A stretch of 55,811 bases of DNA, from NCBI GenBank assembly GCA_035624675.1, contig DASPRB010000232.1, positions 1 through 55,811 of the forward strand, in the 5' to 3' direction. Every line of letters starts with the position of its first letter. Position 1 is the first letter of the stretch. Shown here in pieces: positions 1 to 12,231 of this stretch. Both the position numbers and the translations under genes were made by a program. This DNA comes from Burkholderiales bacterium. GTDB taxonomy: Bacteria; Pseudomonadota; Gammaproteobacteria; Burkholderiales; SG8-39. Under the pieces are notes generated by a model that saw only the letters and a list, made by a program, of their open reading frames with translations, was not told the DNA's origin and made no database searches.

Positions 1-348
1 GCGCCAATCCCCCGGCAGGAATTCGGGCTTCAGGCCGAGGCGTTCGGCGAGCTTGCGCCACAACACGGCAAACTGACCCGTCTCGGCCATGAGCACGGCG
101 TCGCCGGGCGATAGCGTGTTGACGAGCGCCGCTTCCCAGGCGCCGGTACCCGAGGCCGGATAAATCACGACCTCCCCGGCAGAAGTCTTGAAAATGCGCT
201 TCATGCCGGCGAGCACCGCCTTGCCGAGTTCGGCGAATTCGGGTCCGCGATGGTCCATGGTCGGCCAATCGATCGCTCGGAGGACTCGGTCGGGCACGTT
301 GGTCGGTCCTGGAATCTGCAGGAAATGGCGTCCGGCGGTTCGTGCCAT
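1..348 (-). CDS. Class V aminotransferase, serine-glyoxylate / alanine-glyoxylate aminotransferase-like. Only the N-terminal 116 codons are present; the gene continues past the window start.
   Basis: Hand translation of the reverse complement from the ATG at 346-348 gives MARTAGRHFLQIPGPTNVPDRVLRAIDWPTMDHRGPEFAELGKAVLAGMKRIF..YPASGTGAWEAAL, which resembles the SgaA/AGXT-type N-terminus. An AAGGAGG Shine-Dalgarno lies just upstream (complement of 352-360). It is absent from the ORF track because it is open at the window edge. Confidence 0.8.
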   Translation of the reverse strand, partial: MARTAGRHFLQIPGPTNVPDRVLRAIDWPTMDHRGPEFAELGKAVLAGMKRIFKTSAGEVVIYPASGTGAWEAALVNTLSPGDAVLMAETGQFAVLWRKLAERLGLKPEFLPGDWR

Positions 349-379
349 GTTGCCTCCTTGATTGAATGCAAAATAGCCC

Positions 380-393
380 ATGTTGCGCAACAT
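380..393. promoter_or_regulatory. Perfect 14-bp palindrome ATGTTGCGCAACAT in the divergent spacer; candidate GntR-family operator.
   Basis: The sequence is its own reverse complement. It lies 32-45 nt upstream of the aminotransferase start codon and fits the loose GT-N-AC core of FadR/GntR operators. Confidence 0.4.
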
Positions 394-426
394 AAAGGCT
401 GTCCCTTGCGCCATGCCGCTGCTTTT

Positions 427-443
427 TTGTATTATGCATACAA
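427..443. promoter_or_regulatory. Inverted repeat TTGTAT-N5-ATACAA; candidate GntR-family operator or autoregulatory site.
   Basis: Perfect 6-bp arms with a 5-nt spacer, 20 nt upstream of the gntR-type ATG at 463. It overlaps a second small palindrome, TATGCATA (433-440). Confidence 0.4.
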
Positions 444-462
444 CAAACGACAGGCGCAAGGA

Positions 463-1149
463 ATGGGATCGATCGAAGAACTGTCCGCCCCGAAAATCTC
501 CCGCCGCCCGTTGCACGAGGAGGTCGTCGATCAGCTCCGCGATCTCATCGTGCAAGGTCGGCTGGTGCCGGGCACGCGCTTGAACGAGCGAGTGCTGACC
601 GGCCAGCTCGGGATCTCGCGAACCCCGCTGCGCGAGGCGATCAAGCTGCTGGCGGCCGAGGGACTGGTCGAGCTGCTGCCGAACCGGGGCGCGATCGTGG
701 CGCCGCTCGAGGCGACACGCGTCACGCAGACGCTGCAGGTGATGGGGGCGCTCGAAGGCCTGGCCGGCGAGCTCGCCTGCGCGCACGCGAGCGACGCCCA
801 GCTTGCCGAGGTGCGGGCGCTGCACTACGAGATGCTGGCGATGCACGCACGCGGCGACCTGGCCGGCTACTTCAGGTGCAACCAGGCGATTCATCTGAAG
901 ATCGTCGAGGCAGCGGGCAACGCGGTGCTGGCGAACACTTACCGCCAACTGAATGACTACGCGCGCCGGGTGCGCTACATGGCGAACCTGTCCAAGGAGC
1001 GCTGGGACGCCGCGGTGCGCGAGCACGAAGAGATTCTGCGCGCGCTCGTCGAGCGCGACGCGGCGCGCCTCAAGGGCCTGCTGCGCGAGCATCTGGACGG
1101 CAAACTGGGGGCGGCGCTCGGGGCGCTCTCCGAACGACAGGCAGCATGA
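463..1149 (+). CDS. GntR-family transcriptional regulator, FadR/FCD subfamily.
   Basis: Winged-HTH region (LNERVLTGQLGISRTPLREAIKLLAAEGLVELLPNRGAIV) followed by a helical FCD-like C-terminal half. The ORF-track start at 250 would overlap the divergent aminotransferase, so the internal ATG at 463 (MGSIEEL..) is chosen. The stop overlaps the next start (ATGA). Confidence 0.85.
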   Translation: MGSIEELSAPKISRRPLHEEVVDQLRDLIVQGRLVPGTRLNERVLTGQLGISRTPLREAIKLLAAEGLVELLPNRGAIVAPLEATRVTQTLQVMGALEGLAGELACAHASDAQLAEVRALHYEMLAMHARGDLAGYFRCNQAIHLKIVEAAGNAVLANTYRQLNDYARRVRYMANLSKERWDAAVREHEEILRALVERDAARLKGLLREHLDGKLGAALGALSERQAA

Positions 1150-3977
1150 GCGACGCAGCGCTCGCCGCGCGCCTGGCGAAAGAGGTCGACGGCGAGATCC
1201 TGTTCGACGCCGCGAGCCGCGGGCGCTATGCGACCGACGCGTCGATCTACCAGATCGAGCCGATCGGCGTCGTCGTGCCGCGTAACGAAGAGGCCGCGCG
1301 CACCGCGGTGGCCATCGCTGCCGCGGAAGGCGTACCGATCCTGCCGCGGGGCGCCGGCAGCTCGCAATGCGGGCAGACGGTAGGCGCGGCGCTGGTCATC
1401 GACCACTCCAAGTTCCTGAACGGCGTCCTCGAGCTGGACGTCGAGCGGCGCAGCGCGCTCGTGCAGCCCGGCATCGTGCTCGACCAGCTAAACGCGCAGC
1501 TGCGCAAGCACGGGCTGTGGTTCCCGGTCGACGTCTCGACCAGCGCGCAGGCCACGCTTGGCGGTATGGCGGGCAACAATTCCTGCGGCTCGCGCTCGAT
1601 CGCGTACGGCAACATGGTGCACAACGTCATCGCCATCGATGCGCTGCTGGCCGGCGGGGAGCGCTGGCGCTTCGCGCCGCTGGCGGAGGCTTCCGGCCCG
1701 GCCGGCTACCTCGAGTTCGTCGGCAAGCTGCGCGCCCTGTACGAGCGCGAGAAGGACGAAATCGCCGCGCGACTGCCGCAAGTGCTGCGCAAAGTCGCCG
1801 GCTACAACCTCGACCATATCGGTCCCCCGCACGCGAACTCGGCGCACCTGCTCGTCGGATCCGAGGGCACGCTCGCATTCTTCGAGCGCTTGCTGCTCAA
1901 GCTCAGTCCGTCGCCGCGCGCACGCGTCCTGGGAGTGGTGCACTTCCCGAAGTTCTACGTCGCGATGGACTGCGCGCAGCATATCGTCAAGTTGTCGCCA
2001 TCGGCAGTCGAGCTCGTCGATCGCACCATGATCGAGCTTGCGCGCGACATCAGCGCCTTCAAGACGACGGTCGACACGTACATCCGTGGCGGCCCCGATG
2101 CCATCCTGCTGGTCGAGTTCTCCGGCGAAGAGCAGACCGCGCAGCGCGCGAAGCTCGGTGAGCTCGTCGCGCTCATGGCGGATCTGGGTCTGCCGGGCAG
2201 CGTGGTCGAGGTGACCGACGCTCAGGCGCAGAAGGATATCTGGGAGGTGAGGAAGGCCGGCCTGAACATCATGATGTCGATGAAGGGCGACGGCAAGCCG
2301 GTGTCGTTCATCGAGGACTGCGCCGTGCCGCTCGAGCACCTCGCCGAATACACCGACCGGCTGACGCAGGTGTTCGCAAAGCACGGCACGCGCGGCACCT
2401 GGTATGCGCACGCTTCGGTCGGCTGCCTGCACGTGCGGCCGGTGCTCGACATGCGGCACGACGGCGCGCAGAAGATGCGCGCCATCGCCGAAGAGGCCTG
2501 CGCGCTGGTCAAGCAATACAAGGGCGCCTACTCGGGCGAGCACGGCGACGGCCTGGTGCGCTCGGAGTGGATCGCGCCGTTCTTCGGCCCGCGGCTCACC
2601 GCGTGCCTGGCCGAGATCAAGTCGTGGCTCGACCCGAGGGGGCTCATGAATCCGGGCAAGATCGTCCAGCCATCGCGCATGGACGACAGGAGCCTGTTTC
2701 GCTTTCCGCCCGGCTACGCCACCAAGGTTCCGTTTACGGAGCTCGACTGGAACGAGTGGGGCGGCTGGGACAAGGCCGTCGAGATGTGCAACAACAACGG
2801 CCACTGCCGCAAGTTCGACGCGGGCACCATGTGCCCCTCGTACCGCGTCACGCGCGACGAGGCGCATCTCACCCGGGGGCGTGCGAACACGCTGCGCCTC
2901 GCCCTCGCGGGACGGCTCGATTTCGAAGACGCCGGCAAGGCGCTCGAGCTGTGCGTGTCGTGCAAGGGCTGCAAGCGCGAGTGCCCGACCGGCGTCGACA
3001 TGACGCGCATGAAGATCGAATACCTGGCGCAGTACCGCAAGCGCCACCGCCTCGTGCTGCGCGAGCGCATGATTGCGTACCTGCCGCGTTACGCGCCGAT
3101 TGCCGCAGGCCTGGCGCCGGTGGCCAACCTCCTGCGGTCGCTTCCCGGGCGCGAACGCATCGCGCGCATCGCGGCGAAGCGTTCTCTGCCGAAATGGCGA
3201 CGCGACCGCTTCGTCGACCGCGTGCGCACGGTCTCGGGAAGGCGCGAGGTGGTGCTGTTCGTCGACAGCTTCAACCGCTGGTTCGAGCCCGAGAACGTGC
3301 GCGCCGCGCTGCGGGTGCTGGATGCCGCGGGTTACCGCGTGCACGTCGCGCAGCCGCCCGCCGGAGAGCGCCCGCTATGCTGCGGCCGGACCTTTCTCTA
3401 TGCGGGTCTCATTGGCGAGGCGCGCGAAGAGGCCCGCCGCGTGCTCGATGCGCTGGCGCCCTGGCGCGAGCGCCGCGTTCCGGTCGTCGGCCTGGAGCCG
3501 TCCTGCCTGTACACGCTGCGCGACGAGTTCAAAGCGATGATTCCCGGCCGCGAGACGAGCGAGCTTGCTTCACAGGCGATGCTGTTCGAGGAGTTCATCG
3601 CGCGCGAAGCGGATGCCGGCAGATTGTCGCTCAAGCTGCGCGCCGTGGCGCGCACGGCGCTGCTGCACGGCCACTGCCACCAGAAGGCGTTCGGTGCGAT
3701 GCCCGCCACGGAACGCGCGCTCGCGCTGGTGCCCGATCTCGAGGTGACGACCATCGAGTCGAGCTGCTGCGGCATGGCGGGCGCCTTCGGCTACGAAGCC
3801 GAGCATTACGAGATGTCGATGAAGATGGGCGAAGCGGGGCTGCTGCCTGCGGTGCGCGCCGCGCCGGCGGACGCGCTGCTGATCGCGGACGGTACGAGCT
3901 GCCGGCACCAGATCGCAGACGGCGCGGGACGTCGCGCGGTGCACACCGCGCGCGTGCTCGCCGCGGCGCTCGCCTAG
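1146..3977 (+). CDS. FAD-binding plus Fe-S-binding 2-hydroxyacid oxidase/dehydrogenase. It looks like a GlcD-type flavoprotein fused to a GlcF/HdrD-like cysteine-rich domain, similar to YdiJ.
   Basis: 943 aa. The N-terminus resembles the FAD_binding_4/FAD-oxidase_C family ([24 protein letters not shown]). The middle has ferredoxin-type cysteine clusters (CxxCxxCxxxCP: [12 protein letters not shown]; also [17 protein letters not shown]). The C-terminal half has CCG-like motifs ([16 protein letters not shown]). Confidence 0.85.
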   Translation: MSDAALAARLAKEVDGEILFDAASRGRYATDASIYQIEPIGVVVPRNEEAARTAVAIAAAEGVPILPRGAGSSQCGQTVGAALVIDHSKFLNGVLELDVERRSALVQPGIVLDQLNAQLRKHGLWFPVDVSTSAQATLGGMAGNNSCGSRSIAYGNMVHNVIAIDALLAGGERWRFAPLAEASGPAGYLEFVGKLRALYEREKDEIAARLPQVLRKVAGYNLDHIGPPHANSAHLLVGSEGTLAFFERLLLKLSPSPRARVLGVVHFPKFYVAMDCAQHIVKLSPSAVELVDRTMIELARDISAFKTTVDTYIRGGPDAILLVEFSGEEQTAQRAKLGELVALMADLGLPGSVVEVTDAQAQKDIWEVRKAGLNIMMSMKGDGKPVSFIEDCAVPLEHLAEYTDRLTQVFAKHGTRGTWYAHASVGCLHVRPVLDMRHDGAQKMRAIAEEACALVKQYKGAYSGEHGDGLVRSEWIAPFFGPRLTACLAEIKSWLDPRGLMNPGKIVQPSRMDDRSLFRFPPGYATKVPFTELDWNEWGGWDKAVEMCNNNGHCRKFDAGTMCPSYRVTRDEAHLTRGRANTLRLALAGRLDFEDAGKALELCVSCKGCKRECPTGVDMTRMKIEYLAQYRKRHRLVLRERMIAYLPRYAPIAAGLAPVANLLRSLPGRERIARIAAKRSLPKWRRDRFVDRVRTVSGRREVVLFVDSFNRWFEPENVRAALRVLDAAGYRVHVAQPPAGERPLCCGRTFLYAGLIGEAREEARRVLDALAPWRERRVPVVGLEPSCLYTLRDEFKAMIPGRETSELASQAMLFEEFIAREADAGRLSLKLRAVARTALLHGHCHQKAFGAMPATERALALVPDLEVTTIESSCCGMAGAFGYEAEHYEMSMKMGEAGLLPAVRAAPADALLIADGTSCRHQIADGAGRRAVHTARVLAAALA

Positions 3978-4750
3978 CCCCGGCGCCGGGTCCAGGCGAA
4001 CAGCCCGAGGCCCGCGACGATCATCGGCAAGCTGAGCCACTGGCCCATGGTGAGGTGCAGCGCCAGGTAGCCGAGAAAATCGTCCGGCTCGCGCGCGAAC
4101 TCGGCGATGAAACGGAACGTGCCATAGCCGATGAGGAACAGCGCCGACACCTGGCCGCGCGGGCGCGGCTTGGCGGAGAACCACCACAGGATCGCGAACA
4201 GGGCGACGCCCTCGAGCGTGAACTCGTACAGCTCGGAAGGATGTCGCGGCAGCGGACCCGCGCCGGGGAACACCATGCCCCAGGGCAGCGTGGTGACGCG
4301 GCCCCACAGCTCGCCGTTGATGAAGTTGCCGAGCCGCCCGGCTGCGAGTCCAATCGGACACAGCGGAGCGACGAAGTCCATCAGCGTCCACCAGTCGACG
4401 CCGAACTTGCGCGCCGCGAACACCATCGCGGCGAGCACGCCGAGAAAGCCACCGTGGAACGACATGCCGCCATGCCAAACGGCGAAGATCTCCAGCGGGT
4501 GGAAGAAGTAATACTCGGGTTTGTAGAACAGCACGTAGCCCAGCCGCCCGCCGAGAATGACGCCGAGCACCGCGTAGAACAACACGTCGTCGAACTGGAC
4601 GCGGGTGATCGGCGCAGCCCCCGCCTTGATGCGTCGCACGCCGAGCCACCAGCCGGCGGCGAACCCGGCGAGGTACATGAGGCCGTACCAGCGCACGGCC
4701 AGCGGGCCGAGCCGGAACGCGACCGGATCGATATCGGGATGAACGAGCAC
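3974..4750 (-). CDS. lgt: Prolipoprotein diacylglyceryl transferase.
   Basis: (M)[29 protein letters not shown].., [13 protein letters not shown] and [14 protein letters not shown] are typical Lgt blocks. The start is uncertain. GTG at 4748-4750 gives a canonical N-terminus. The ATG at 4784-4786 would overlap the divergent ilvD start within a CATG. Confidence 0.85.
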   Translation of the reverse strand: MLVHPDIDPVAFRLGPLAVRWYGLMYLAGFAAGWWLGVRRIKAGAAPITRVQFDDVLFYAVLGVILGGRLGYVLFYKPEYYFFHPLEIFAVWHGGMSFHGGFLGVLAAMVFAARKFGVDWWTLMDFVAPLCPIGLAAGRLGNFINGELWGRVTTLPWGMVFPGAGPLPRHPSELYEFTLEGVALFAILWWFSAKPRPRGQVSALFLIGYGTFRFIAEFAREPDDFLGYLALHLTMGQWLSLPMIVAGLGLFAWTRRRG

Positions 4751-4784
4751 GGTAGAATCGAATTCTATCGTCGGGAGGGAAGCC

Positions 4785-6470
4785 ATGTCTGACAATCGCA
4801 GAAGCCGGCTCATCACGCAGGGCGTCGCGCGCTCGCCGAACCGGGCGATGCTGCGCGCCGTGGGATTCAAGGACAGCGACTTCGACAAGCCGATCGTCGG
4901 TGTCGCGAACGGTCACTCGACCATGAACCCGTGCAACGCAGGCATTCAGCCTCTGGTCGACCGCGCGATCGCGGCGCTCGAGCAGGCCGGCGCCAAGCCG
5001 CAGGTCTTCGGCTTTCCCACGGTGACCGACGGCATCGGCATGGGCACGGAGGGGATGAAGTTTTCGCTCGTGTCGCGCGAGGTGATCGCCGACTCGATCG
5101 AGGTCGCCGTGAACGGCCAGCTCATGGACGGCGTGCTATGCGTCGGCGGCTGCGACAAGAACATGCCAGGCAGCATGATGGCGATGGCGCGCACCAACGT
5201 TCCCGGCATCTTCGTTTACGCCGGCACCATCAAGCCGGGATTCTGGAAGGGTCAGAAGCTCACCATCGTCAGCCCGTTCGAGGCGGTCGGCGCCTTCACC
5301 GCGGGCAAGATGTCGCAGGAGGATTTCGACGGCATCGAGCGCAACGCCTGTCCGAGCGTGGGAGCCTGCGGCGGCCAGTACACGGCGAATACCATGAGCT
5401 CGTCCTTCGAGGCGCTCGGCATGAGCCTGCTCGGCTCCTCGCAGATGGCTTCGCCCGACGCGGAGAAGGCCGATTCGGCGGCCGAGTCGGCGCGCGTGCT
5501 GGCGCGCGCGGTCCACGCGAACCTGCGGCCGCGCGACATCATCACGAGGAAGTCGATCGAGAACGCGATCGCGCTCGTGATGGCGACCGGCGGCTCGACC
5601 AACGCCGTGCTGCACTATCTGGCGATCGCGGCCGCGGCGGGCGTGCGGTGGACGATCGACGACTTCGAACGCGTACGCCGCAAGGTGCCCGTGCTGTGCG
5701 AACTCAAGCCCTCGGGCCGCTTCGTCGCCACCGACTTCCACGCTGCCGGCGGCGTGCCGCAGGTGCTCAAGATCCTGCTCGAGCACGGCCTGCTGCATGG
5801 CGAATGCATGACGATCCACGGCAGGACGATGGCCGAAATGCTGAAGGACGTGCCCTCCGAGCCGCGCGCCGACCAGGAAGTGATCCGCTCGTGGTCGAAT
5901 CCGGTCTACAAGCAGGGCCACCTGGCGATTCTCAAGGGCAACCTCGCCACCGAGGGCTGCGTGGCGAAGATCACCGGCCTGAAGAAGACCTCGATCACCG
6001 GCCCGGCGCGCGTGTTCGACTCCGAGCCGGCGGCGATGAAGGCGATCATGGCGAAGAAAATCAAGGCTGGCGACGTGATCGTGATCCGCTACGAGGGGCC
6101 GAAGGGCGGGCCCGGCATGCAGGAAATGCTCGCGCCGACCTCGGCGCTCATCGGCCAAGGGCTCGGCGAGTCGGTCGGCCTGCTCACCGACGGGCGCTTC
6201 TCGGGCGGCACCTGGGGCATGGTGGTCGGCCACGTGGCGCCGGAGGCCTACGTCGGCGGCACGATCGCACTGGTGAAGAACGGCGACTCGATCACCATCG
6301 ACGCCGCGAAGCGCCTCATCCAGTTGAACGTCCCGGCGAAGGAACTCGCCGCGCGAAGAAGGAAATGGAAAGCGCCCAAGCCGCGCTATACGCGCGGCGT
6401 GCTCGCGAAGTACATGAAGCTGGTATCGACCGCCTCGAAGGGCGCCATTACCGACGATTCCTCAGCCTGA
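4785..6470 (+). CDS. ilvD: Dihydroxy-acid dehydratase.
   Basis: 561 aa with [28 protein letters not shown] and the CDKNMPG Fe-S motif. A GGGAGGG Shine-Dalgarno lies upstream. Confidence 0.95.
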   Translation: MSDNRRSRLITQGVARSPNRAMLRAVGFKDSDFDKPIVGVANGHSTMNPCNAGIQPLVDRAIAALEQAGAKPQVFGFPTVTDGIGMGTEGMKFSLVSREVIADSIEVAVNGQLMDGVLCVGGCDKNMPGSMMAMARTNVPGIFVYAGTIKPGFWKGQKLTIVSPFEAVGAFTAGKMSQEDFDGIERNACPSVGACGGQYTANTMSSSFEALGMSLLGSSQMASPDAEKADSAAESARVLARAVHANLRPRDIITRKSIENAIALVMATGGSTNAVLHYLAIAAAAGVRWTIDDFERVRRKVPVLCELKPSGRFVATDFHAAGGVPQVLKILLEHGLLHGECMTIHGRTMAEMLKDVPSEPRADQEVIRSWSNPVYKQGHLAILKGNLATEGCVAKITGLKKTSITGPARVFDSEPAAMKAIMAKKIKAGDVIVIRYEGPKGGPGMQEMLAPTSALIGQGLGESVGLLTDGRFSGGTWGMVVGHVAPEAYVGGTIALVKNGDSITIDAAKRLIQLNVPAKELAARRRKWKAPKPRYTRGVLAKYMKLVSTASKGAITDDSSA

Positions 6471-7949
6471 GGCCGCGCCAGCGGGCCGATAGGCGTCGCG
6501 CAGCGCGCGCTTGAGCACCTTGCCGATCGCGCTGCGCGGCAATTCGGCCGCGAGCCGCAGATCGGCTAGGCGCTGAGTCTTGCCGAGCCTGGCGTTCGCC
6601 CAGGCGAGCAAGTCTTCGGCGCGCGGCGCGCTACCGGGTTTCGGCACCACGAACGCGACCGGGGTCTCGCCCCAGCGCTCGGAATGCACGCCTACTACGG
6701 CGACCTCGGCGACGTCGGGATGCGCGCCGAGCACCGCTTCCAGGTCGCTCGGATAGATGTTGAAGCCGCCCGAGATGATCATGTCCTTCTTGCGATCGAG
6801 CAGCGTGAGGAATCCGTCCGCGTCGAAGCGGCCGACGTCGCCGGTGCGAATGAAGCGCTTGCCGGCCGTGTCGTGCCACTCGGCTTCGGCGGTCTTCTGC
6901 GGCTGGTTGTGGTAGCTGGTCATCATCAGCGGCGAGTGGCCGACCACCTCGCCCGCCTCGCCCGAGGCGACCTCGCGGCCGTGCTCGTCGATCAGGCGAA
7001 TGTCGTGGCCCTCGGCGGGGCGCCCCACCGTGTGCAACTTGTCGGGATGCTCGTGCGCGACGAGGATGCAGGTGCCGCCGCCCTCGGTCATGCCGTAGAC
7101 CTCGATCAGGCCCCCCGGCCAGCGGCGCAGCACCTCGGCCTTGAGCGCGGCGGGAAACGGCGCGCTGGTGCTGAACTTCATGCGGAAGGACGACAGGTCG
7201 TACTTGTCGAAATCCGGGTGCGTCATGATGCGCTGGTACTGCACGGGCACGAGCATCGTGTGCGTCACACTGTGCTTCTCGGCGAGCGCGAGGTACTGCG
7301 AGACGTCGAATTTCGCCATCAGCACGACGGTGCCGCCGAGCGCGAGCGTGGGAAAGAAGCTCACCAGCGTGGTGTTCGAATAGAGCGGCGTCGAGAGGAG
7401 CGTCACCGCGCGCAGGCCATAGCCGTAACTCCTGCCGCGCCGCACGTGGCCCCAGCGCATGCGGTGCGACTGCACGATGCCCTTGGGCACGCCGGTCGTG
7501 CCCGACGAGTAGATGATGTTGAACGGCCAGTCCGGCTCGATCGCGATCGGCTCCGGTTTTGCATTCGGGGGCGCGAGCCAGTCTTCGAATTCCCGGCCTT
7601 CGAGGGTGAACAAGCGCCTCGCGCCGCAATCGGCCACCATGCTTGCGATGCTCTCGGCGGTCGACGAAGGCGCGAGCGGCGCCACCGCGACGCCGGCGCG
7701 CAGCGCGCCGAGAAAGAGCGCCGCGTATTCGATCGAGGTCGCCGCGCAGATCGCGATCGCCTCGCGCGGCCTAATGCCGTCGCGCTGCAGCGCCGCGGAG
7801 ACCCGGTCCATGAGCGCGTCGAGCGACGCGTAGTCGAGCGCCCGCTCGCCTTGAACCAGCGCCGCGTGCCGCGGCTGCTGCGCCGCGTGCGCGCCGATCA
7901 GGTCGGCGATCGGCACGAAGTCCCGACTGAATGCCTGCTCGATGTCCAT
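6462..7949 (-). CDS. AMP-dependent acyl-CoA synthetase/ligase (class I adenylate-forming enzyme).
   Basis: AMP-binding signature [11 protein letters not shown] and the C-terminal block [31 protein letters not shown]. The substrate cannot be assigned from sequence. Confidence 0.85.
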   Translation of the reverse strand: MDIEQAFSRDFVPIADLIGAHAAQQPRHAALVQGERALDYASLDALMDRVSAALQRDGIRPREAIAICAATSIEYAALFLGALRAGVAVAPLAPSSTAESIASMVADCGARRLFTLEGREFEDWLAPPNAKPEPIAIEPDWPFNIIYSSGTTGVPKGIVQSHRMRWGHVRRGRSYGYGLRAVTLLSTPLYSNTTLVSFFPTLALGGTVVLMAKFDVSQYLALAEKHSVTHTMLVPVQYQRIMTHPDFDKYDLSSFRMKFSTSAPFPAALKAEVLRRWPGGLIEVYGMTEGGGTCILVAHEHPDKLHTVGRPAEGHDIRLIDEHGREVASGEAGEVVGHSPLMMTSYHNQPQKTAEAEWHDTAGKRFIRTGDVGRFDADGFLTLLDRKKDMIISGGFNIYPSDLEAVLGAHPDVAEVAVVGVHSERWGETPVAFVVPKPGSAPRAEDLLAWANARLGKTQRLADLRLAAELPRSAIGKVLKRALRDAYRPAGAASG

Positions 7950-7996
7950 GCGGCGCGAAATTGTAGCAACGGCGGGACGCGTGCCAGAATTCGGGC

Positions 7997-9133
7997 ATGA
8001 ATCCGCTCCTGTTCACACCGATCTCCTTGCGCGGGGCGACCGCGCGCAACCGTGCCGTCATTTCGCCGATGTGCACCTATTCGGCGGTGGACGGGCTGGC
8101 GCAGGACTGGCACCTGGTACACCTCGGGAAATTCGCGCTCGGCGGCGCCGGCATCGTGTTTCTCGAAGCGACCGCGGTCGAGGCGCGCGCCCGCATCACG
8201 CATGGCTGCCTGGGCATCTGGTCGGATGAGCATGCGCGCGCGCTCGGCCGCATCGCACCGTTTCTGAAGGCGCACGGCGCGCTGCCCGCGATCCAGCTCG
8301 CCCATGCGGGACGGAAAGCGAGCATACAGCGCCCCTGGTTCGGCAACGGACCGCTCGGGCCGGAGGACGCGGCGCGCGGCGACCGCCCATGGCCGATCAT
8401 CGGCCCGACGGCGGAGCCAGCGGCGGCAGGCTGGCTCGCGCCGCGCGCCATGGCGCGCGCCGATATCGACGAGGTGATCGGCGCCTTTGCCGCCGCCGCA
8501 CGGCGCGCCGCTGGCGCCGGCTTCGAGATCGTCGAGCTGCACGGCGCGCATGGTTATCTGATGCACAGCTTCCTTTCGCCGCTGTCCAACGCGCGCGCCG
8601 ACGGCTACGGCGGCGATCTTGCCGGCCGCATGCGTTTTCCGCTCGAGGTGGTCGAGGCGGTGCGCGCGGCCTGGCCGGTCGACAAGCCCCTTTTCTTCCG
8701 CATCTCGTCGATCGACGGCGTCGGCGGCCCCGGCTGGCAGATCGAGGACTCGGTCGAGCTCGCGCGCGCGCTCAAGGCGCGCGGCGTCGACGTGATCGAC
8801 TGTTCCTCGGGCGGCATTTCGGGCCCGGTGACCTCGGCCATGGTGCCGCGCGAGCTCGGCTTCCAGGTGCCCTACGCGGCGGCGGTGCGCCGCGAGGCGG
8901 GCGTTGCCACGCAAGCGGTCGGGCTGATCCTGGATGGGCCGCAGGCCGAGGCGATCCTGCAATCCGGCGCAGCCGACCTCGTCGCGGTGGCGCGCGAGGC
9001 GCTCGTCGACCCGTTCTGGCCGCACCACGCGGCGCGCGCGCTCGGTACCGAGGCCGACTTCGGCGGCTGGCCGGAGCAGTACGGCTGGTGGCTGAAGCGC
9101 CGCGCCAAGCTGCTCGCGGCCATCGGGCGCTAG
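7997..9133 (+). CDS. NADH:flavin oxidoreductase, Old Yellow Enzyme family (YqjM/NamA-like).
   Basis: LRGATARNRAVISPMCTY, QLAHAGRKAS and HGAHGYLMHSFLSPLSN are OYE blocks. Confidence 0.85.
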   Translation: MNPLLFTPISLRGATARNRAVISPMCTYSAVDGLAQDWHLVHLGKFALGGAGIVFLEATAVEARARITHGCLGIWSDEHARALGRIAPFLKAHGALPAIQLAHAGRKASIQRPWFGNGPLGPEDAARGDRPWPIIGPTAEPAAAGWLAPRAMARADIDEVIGAFAAAARRAAGAGFEIVELHGAHGYLMHSFLSPLSNARADGYGGDLAGRMRFPLEVVEAVRAAWPVDKPLFFRISSIDGVGGPGWQIEDSVELARALKARGVDVIDCSSGGISGPVTSAMVPRELGFQVPYAAAVRREAGVATQAVGLILDGPQAEAILQSGAADLVAVAREALVDPFWPHHAARALGTEADFGGWPEQYGWWLKRRAKLLAAIGR

Positions 9134-9718
9134 CTAGAAGCCCGATCCCGGCTGCTTCAGAAACTCGATCTCTTCCGGCGTGCTCGCACGCCCGAGCGCT
9201 TCATTGCGGTGAGGGAAGCGGCCGAAGCGCGCGATGATTGCGTGGTGTCGCACCGCATAGTCGTACACGTCCTTCGTTTCCTCGAATTGCTCGAGCGGTC
9301 GCATCAGGTCGCGGCACAGCAGTTGATCCTGCAGCGCTTCGCTGTGCTCGAACGGCAGGTAGACGAACATGCGCTCGACGGGCAGCAGGCCGCGGTCATG
9401 GCCTTGCTGCAGCGCTTGCCCCGCCGCATCGCGCGCGAGCGCGTCCGAGGCAAAGGCGCGCGCGCTGCCGCGGAACATGTTGCGCGGGAACTGGTCGAGC
9501 AGCACGATCAGCGCGAGGCAGTCGCCGACGGCATTTGTCCAGCTCTCCAGGCCGCGGCGCGCGCCTTCCTCATGCAACGCCAGGAAACGCTCGCGGATCG
9601 CGGCGTCGAACGCGGCGTCCTTCTGGAACCACTCCTTGCGCCGCTTGCCGTAGTCGTTCCCGGTCCCGAACCAGCAGCTTAAGACCTGCCCGGCGCGAGG
9701 GTCTTTGGTAGGTCGCAT
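9134..9718 (-). CDS. DUF924-family protein of unknown function.
   Basis: [39 protein letters not shown] matches the DUF924 pattern as I remember it. The start is taken at the internal ATG (MRPTKD..), because the ORF-track start at 9760 would overlap the divergent yyaL-type start. Confidence 0.7.
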   Translation of the reverse strand: MRPTKDPRAGQVLSCWFGTGNDYGKRRKEWFQKDAAFDAAIRERFLALHEEGARRGLESWTNAVGDCLALIVLLDQFPRNMFRGSARAFASDALARDAAGQALQQGHDRGLLPVERMFVYLPFEHSEALQDQLLCRDLMRPLEQFEETKDVYDYAVRHHAIIARFGRFPHRNEALGRASTPEEIEFLKQPGSGF

Positions 9719-9758
9719 TGTCGGATACTGCAATAATCCGGCCCCCGGAGCATATGCC

Positions 9759-11780
<2,022 letters not shown>

Positions 11781-11817
11781 GATTAATTGACATTTAATCA
11801 CTGCACAGGAGTCGTTG

Positions 11818-12126
11818 ATGAAGCGCATCGCAGTTCCTTTACTGCTCGTTGGCCTGGCGGCCGCGCTGCCCGCCAAGGCGGACGAAGCCATGGCCAAGAA
11901 GGACAACTGCCTGGCCTGCCACGCCGTGGACCATAAAGTCGTCGGGCCCGCGTACAAGGACGTCGCCAAGAAATACGCCGGGCAGAAGGACGCCGAGGCC
12001 AAGCTGATCGAGAAGGTCAAGAAAGGCGGCTCCGGCGTCTGGGGCAATATCCCGATGCCGCCGAACTCGGCCGTGCCCGATGCGGACATCAAGAAGCTGG
12101 TGGAATGGATCTTGTCGCTCAAGTAG
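11818..12126 (+). CDS. Small periplasmic class I cytochrome c (c551/c8-like).
   Basis: Signal peptide MKRIAVPLLLVGLAAALPAKA, one CLACH haem site, and VWGNIPMPPN carrying the distal Met region. The ATG at 11818 is preferred over the TTG at 11815, with a CAGGAG Shine-Dalgarno 7 nt upstream. Confidence 0.9.
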   Translation: MKRIAVPLLLVGLAAALPAKADEAMAKKDNCLACHAVDHKVVGPAYKDVAKKYAGQKDAEAKLIEKVKKGGSGVWGNIPMPPNSAVPDADIKKLVEWILSLK

Positions 12127-12145
12127 TCGGGTAACGAGGATCGCC

Positions 12146-12180
12146 AGGAAGGCCGGGCAAGCCCGGCCTTCTTCATTTTT
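12146..12180 (+). terminator. Rho-independent terminator after the cytochrome c gene.
   Basis: GAAGGCCGGG-CAAG-CCCGGCCTTC stem of about 10 bp, followed by TTCATTTTT. Confidence 0.85.
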
Positions 12181-12231
12181 GCCGGTGCTATCATCCTTTC
12201 CCCGTTAGTTCGCCAATCTTGCGGAGGTCCC

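Noticed and set aside
250-462. N-terminal extensions offered by the ORF track for the GntR regulator. The same applies to dsbD (18919), the ECF sigma (26205), msrQ (28655), pilQ (41695), hemB (22965) and cytochrome c4 (23766).
   Set aside because: The extensions overlap neighbouring genes or precede the recognisable signal peptide or N-terminus. Internal starts with Shine-Dalgarno sequences or stop/start coupling fit better.
1488-3344. 618-aa minus-strand ORF, together with several other ORFs in alternative frames: 2567..4792, 9570..11477, 52237..54492 and 53042..54475.
   Set aside because: All lie in alternative frames or antisense to confidently identified genes (the oxidase, yyaL, argD/glmU). 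Their R/A/G/P-rich composition and lack of motifs indicate they are artefacts of the stop-codon-poor high-G+C sequence.
4784-4787. CATG in which lgt (minus) and ilvD (plus) would both start. The same situation occurs at 9758-9761 for DUF924 and yyaL.
   Set aside because: Overlapping divergent start codons are implausible. In both cases an internal start on the minus-strand gene gives a canonical N-terminus (GTG at 4750 for lgt, ATG at 9718 for DUF924). These are treated as start-codon ambiguity, not biology.
11788-11801. FNR/CRP-like half-sites TTGAC-ATTT-AATCA upstream of the cytochrome c gene.
   Set aside because: The right half-site is out of register with the TTGAT-N4-ATCAA consensus. 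A site centred here would place the transcription start inside the coding region.
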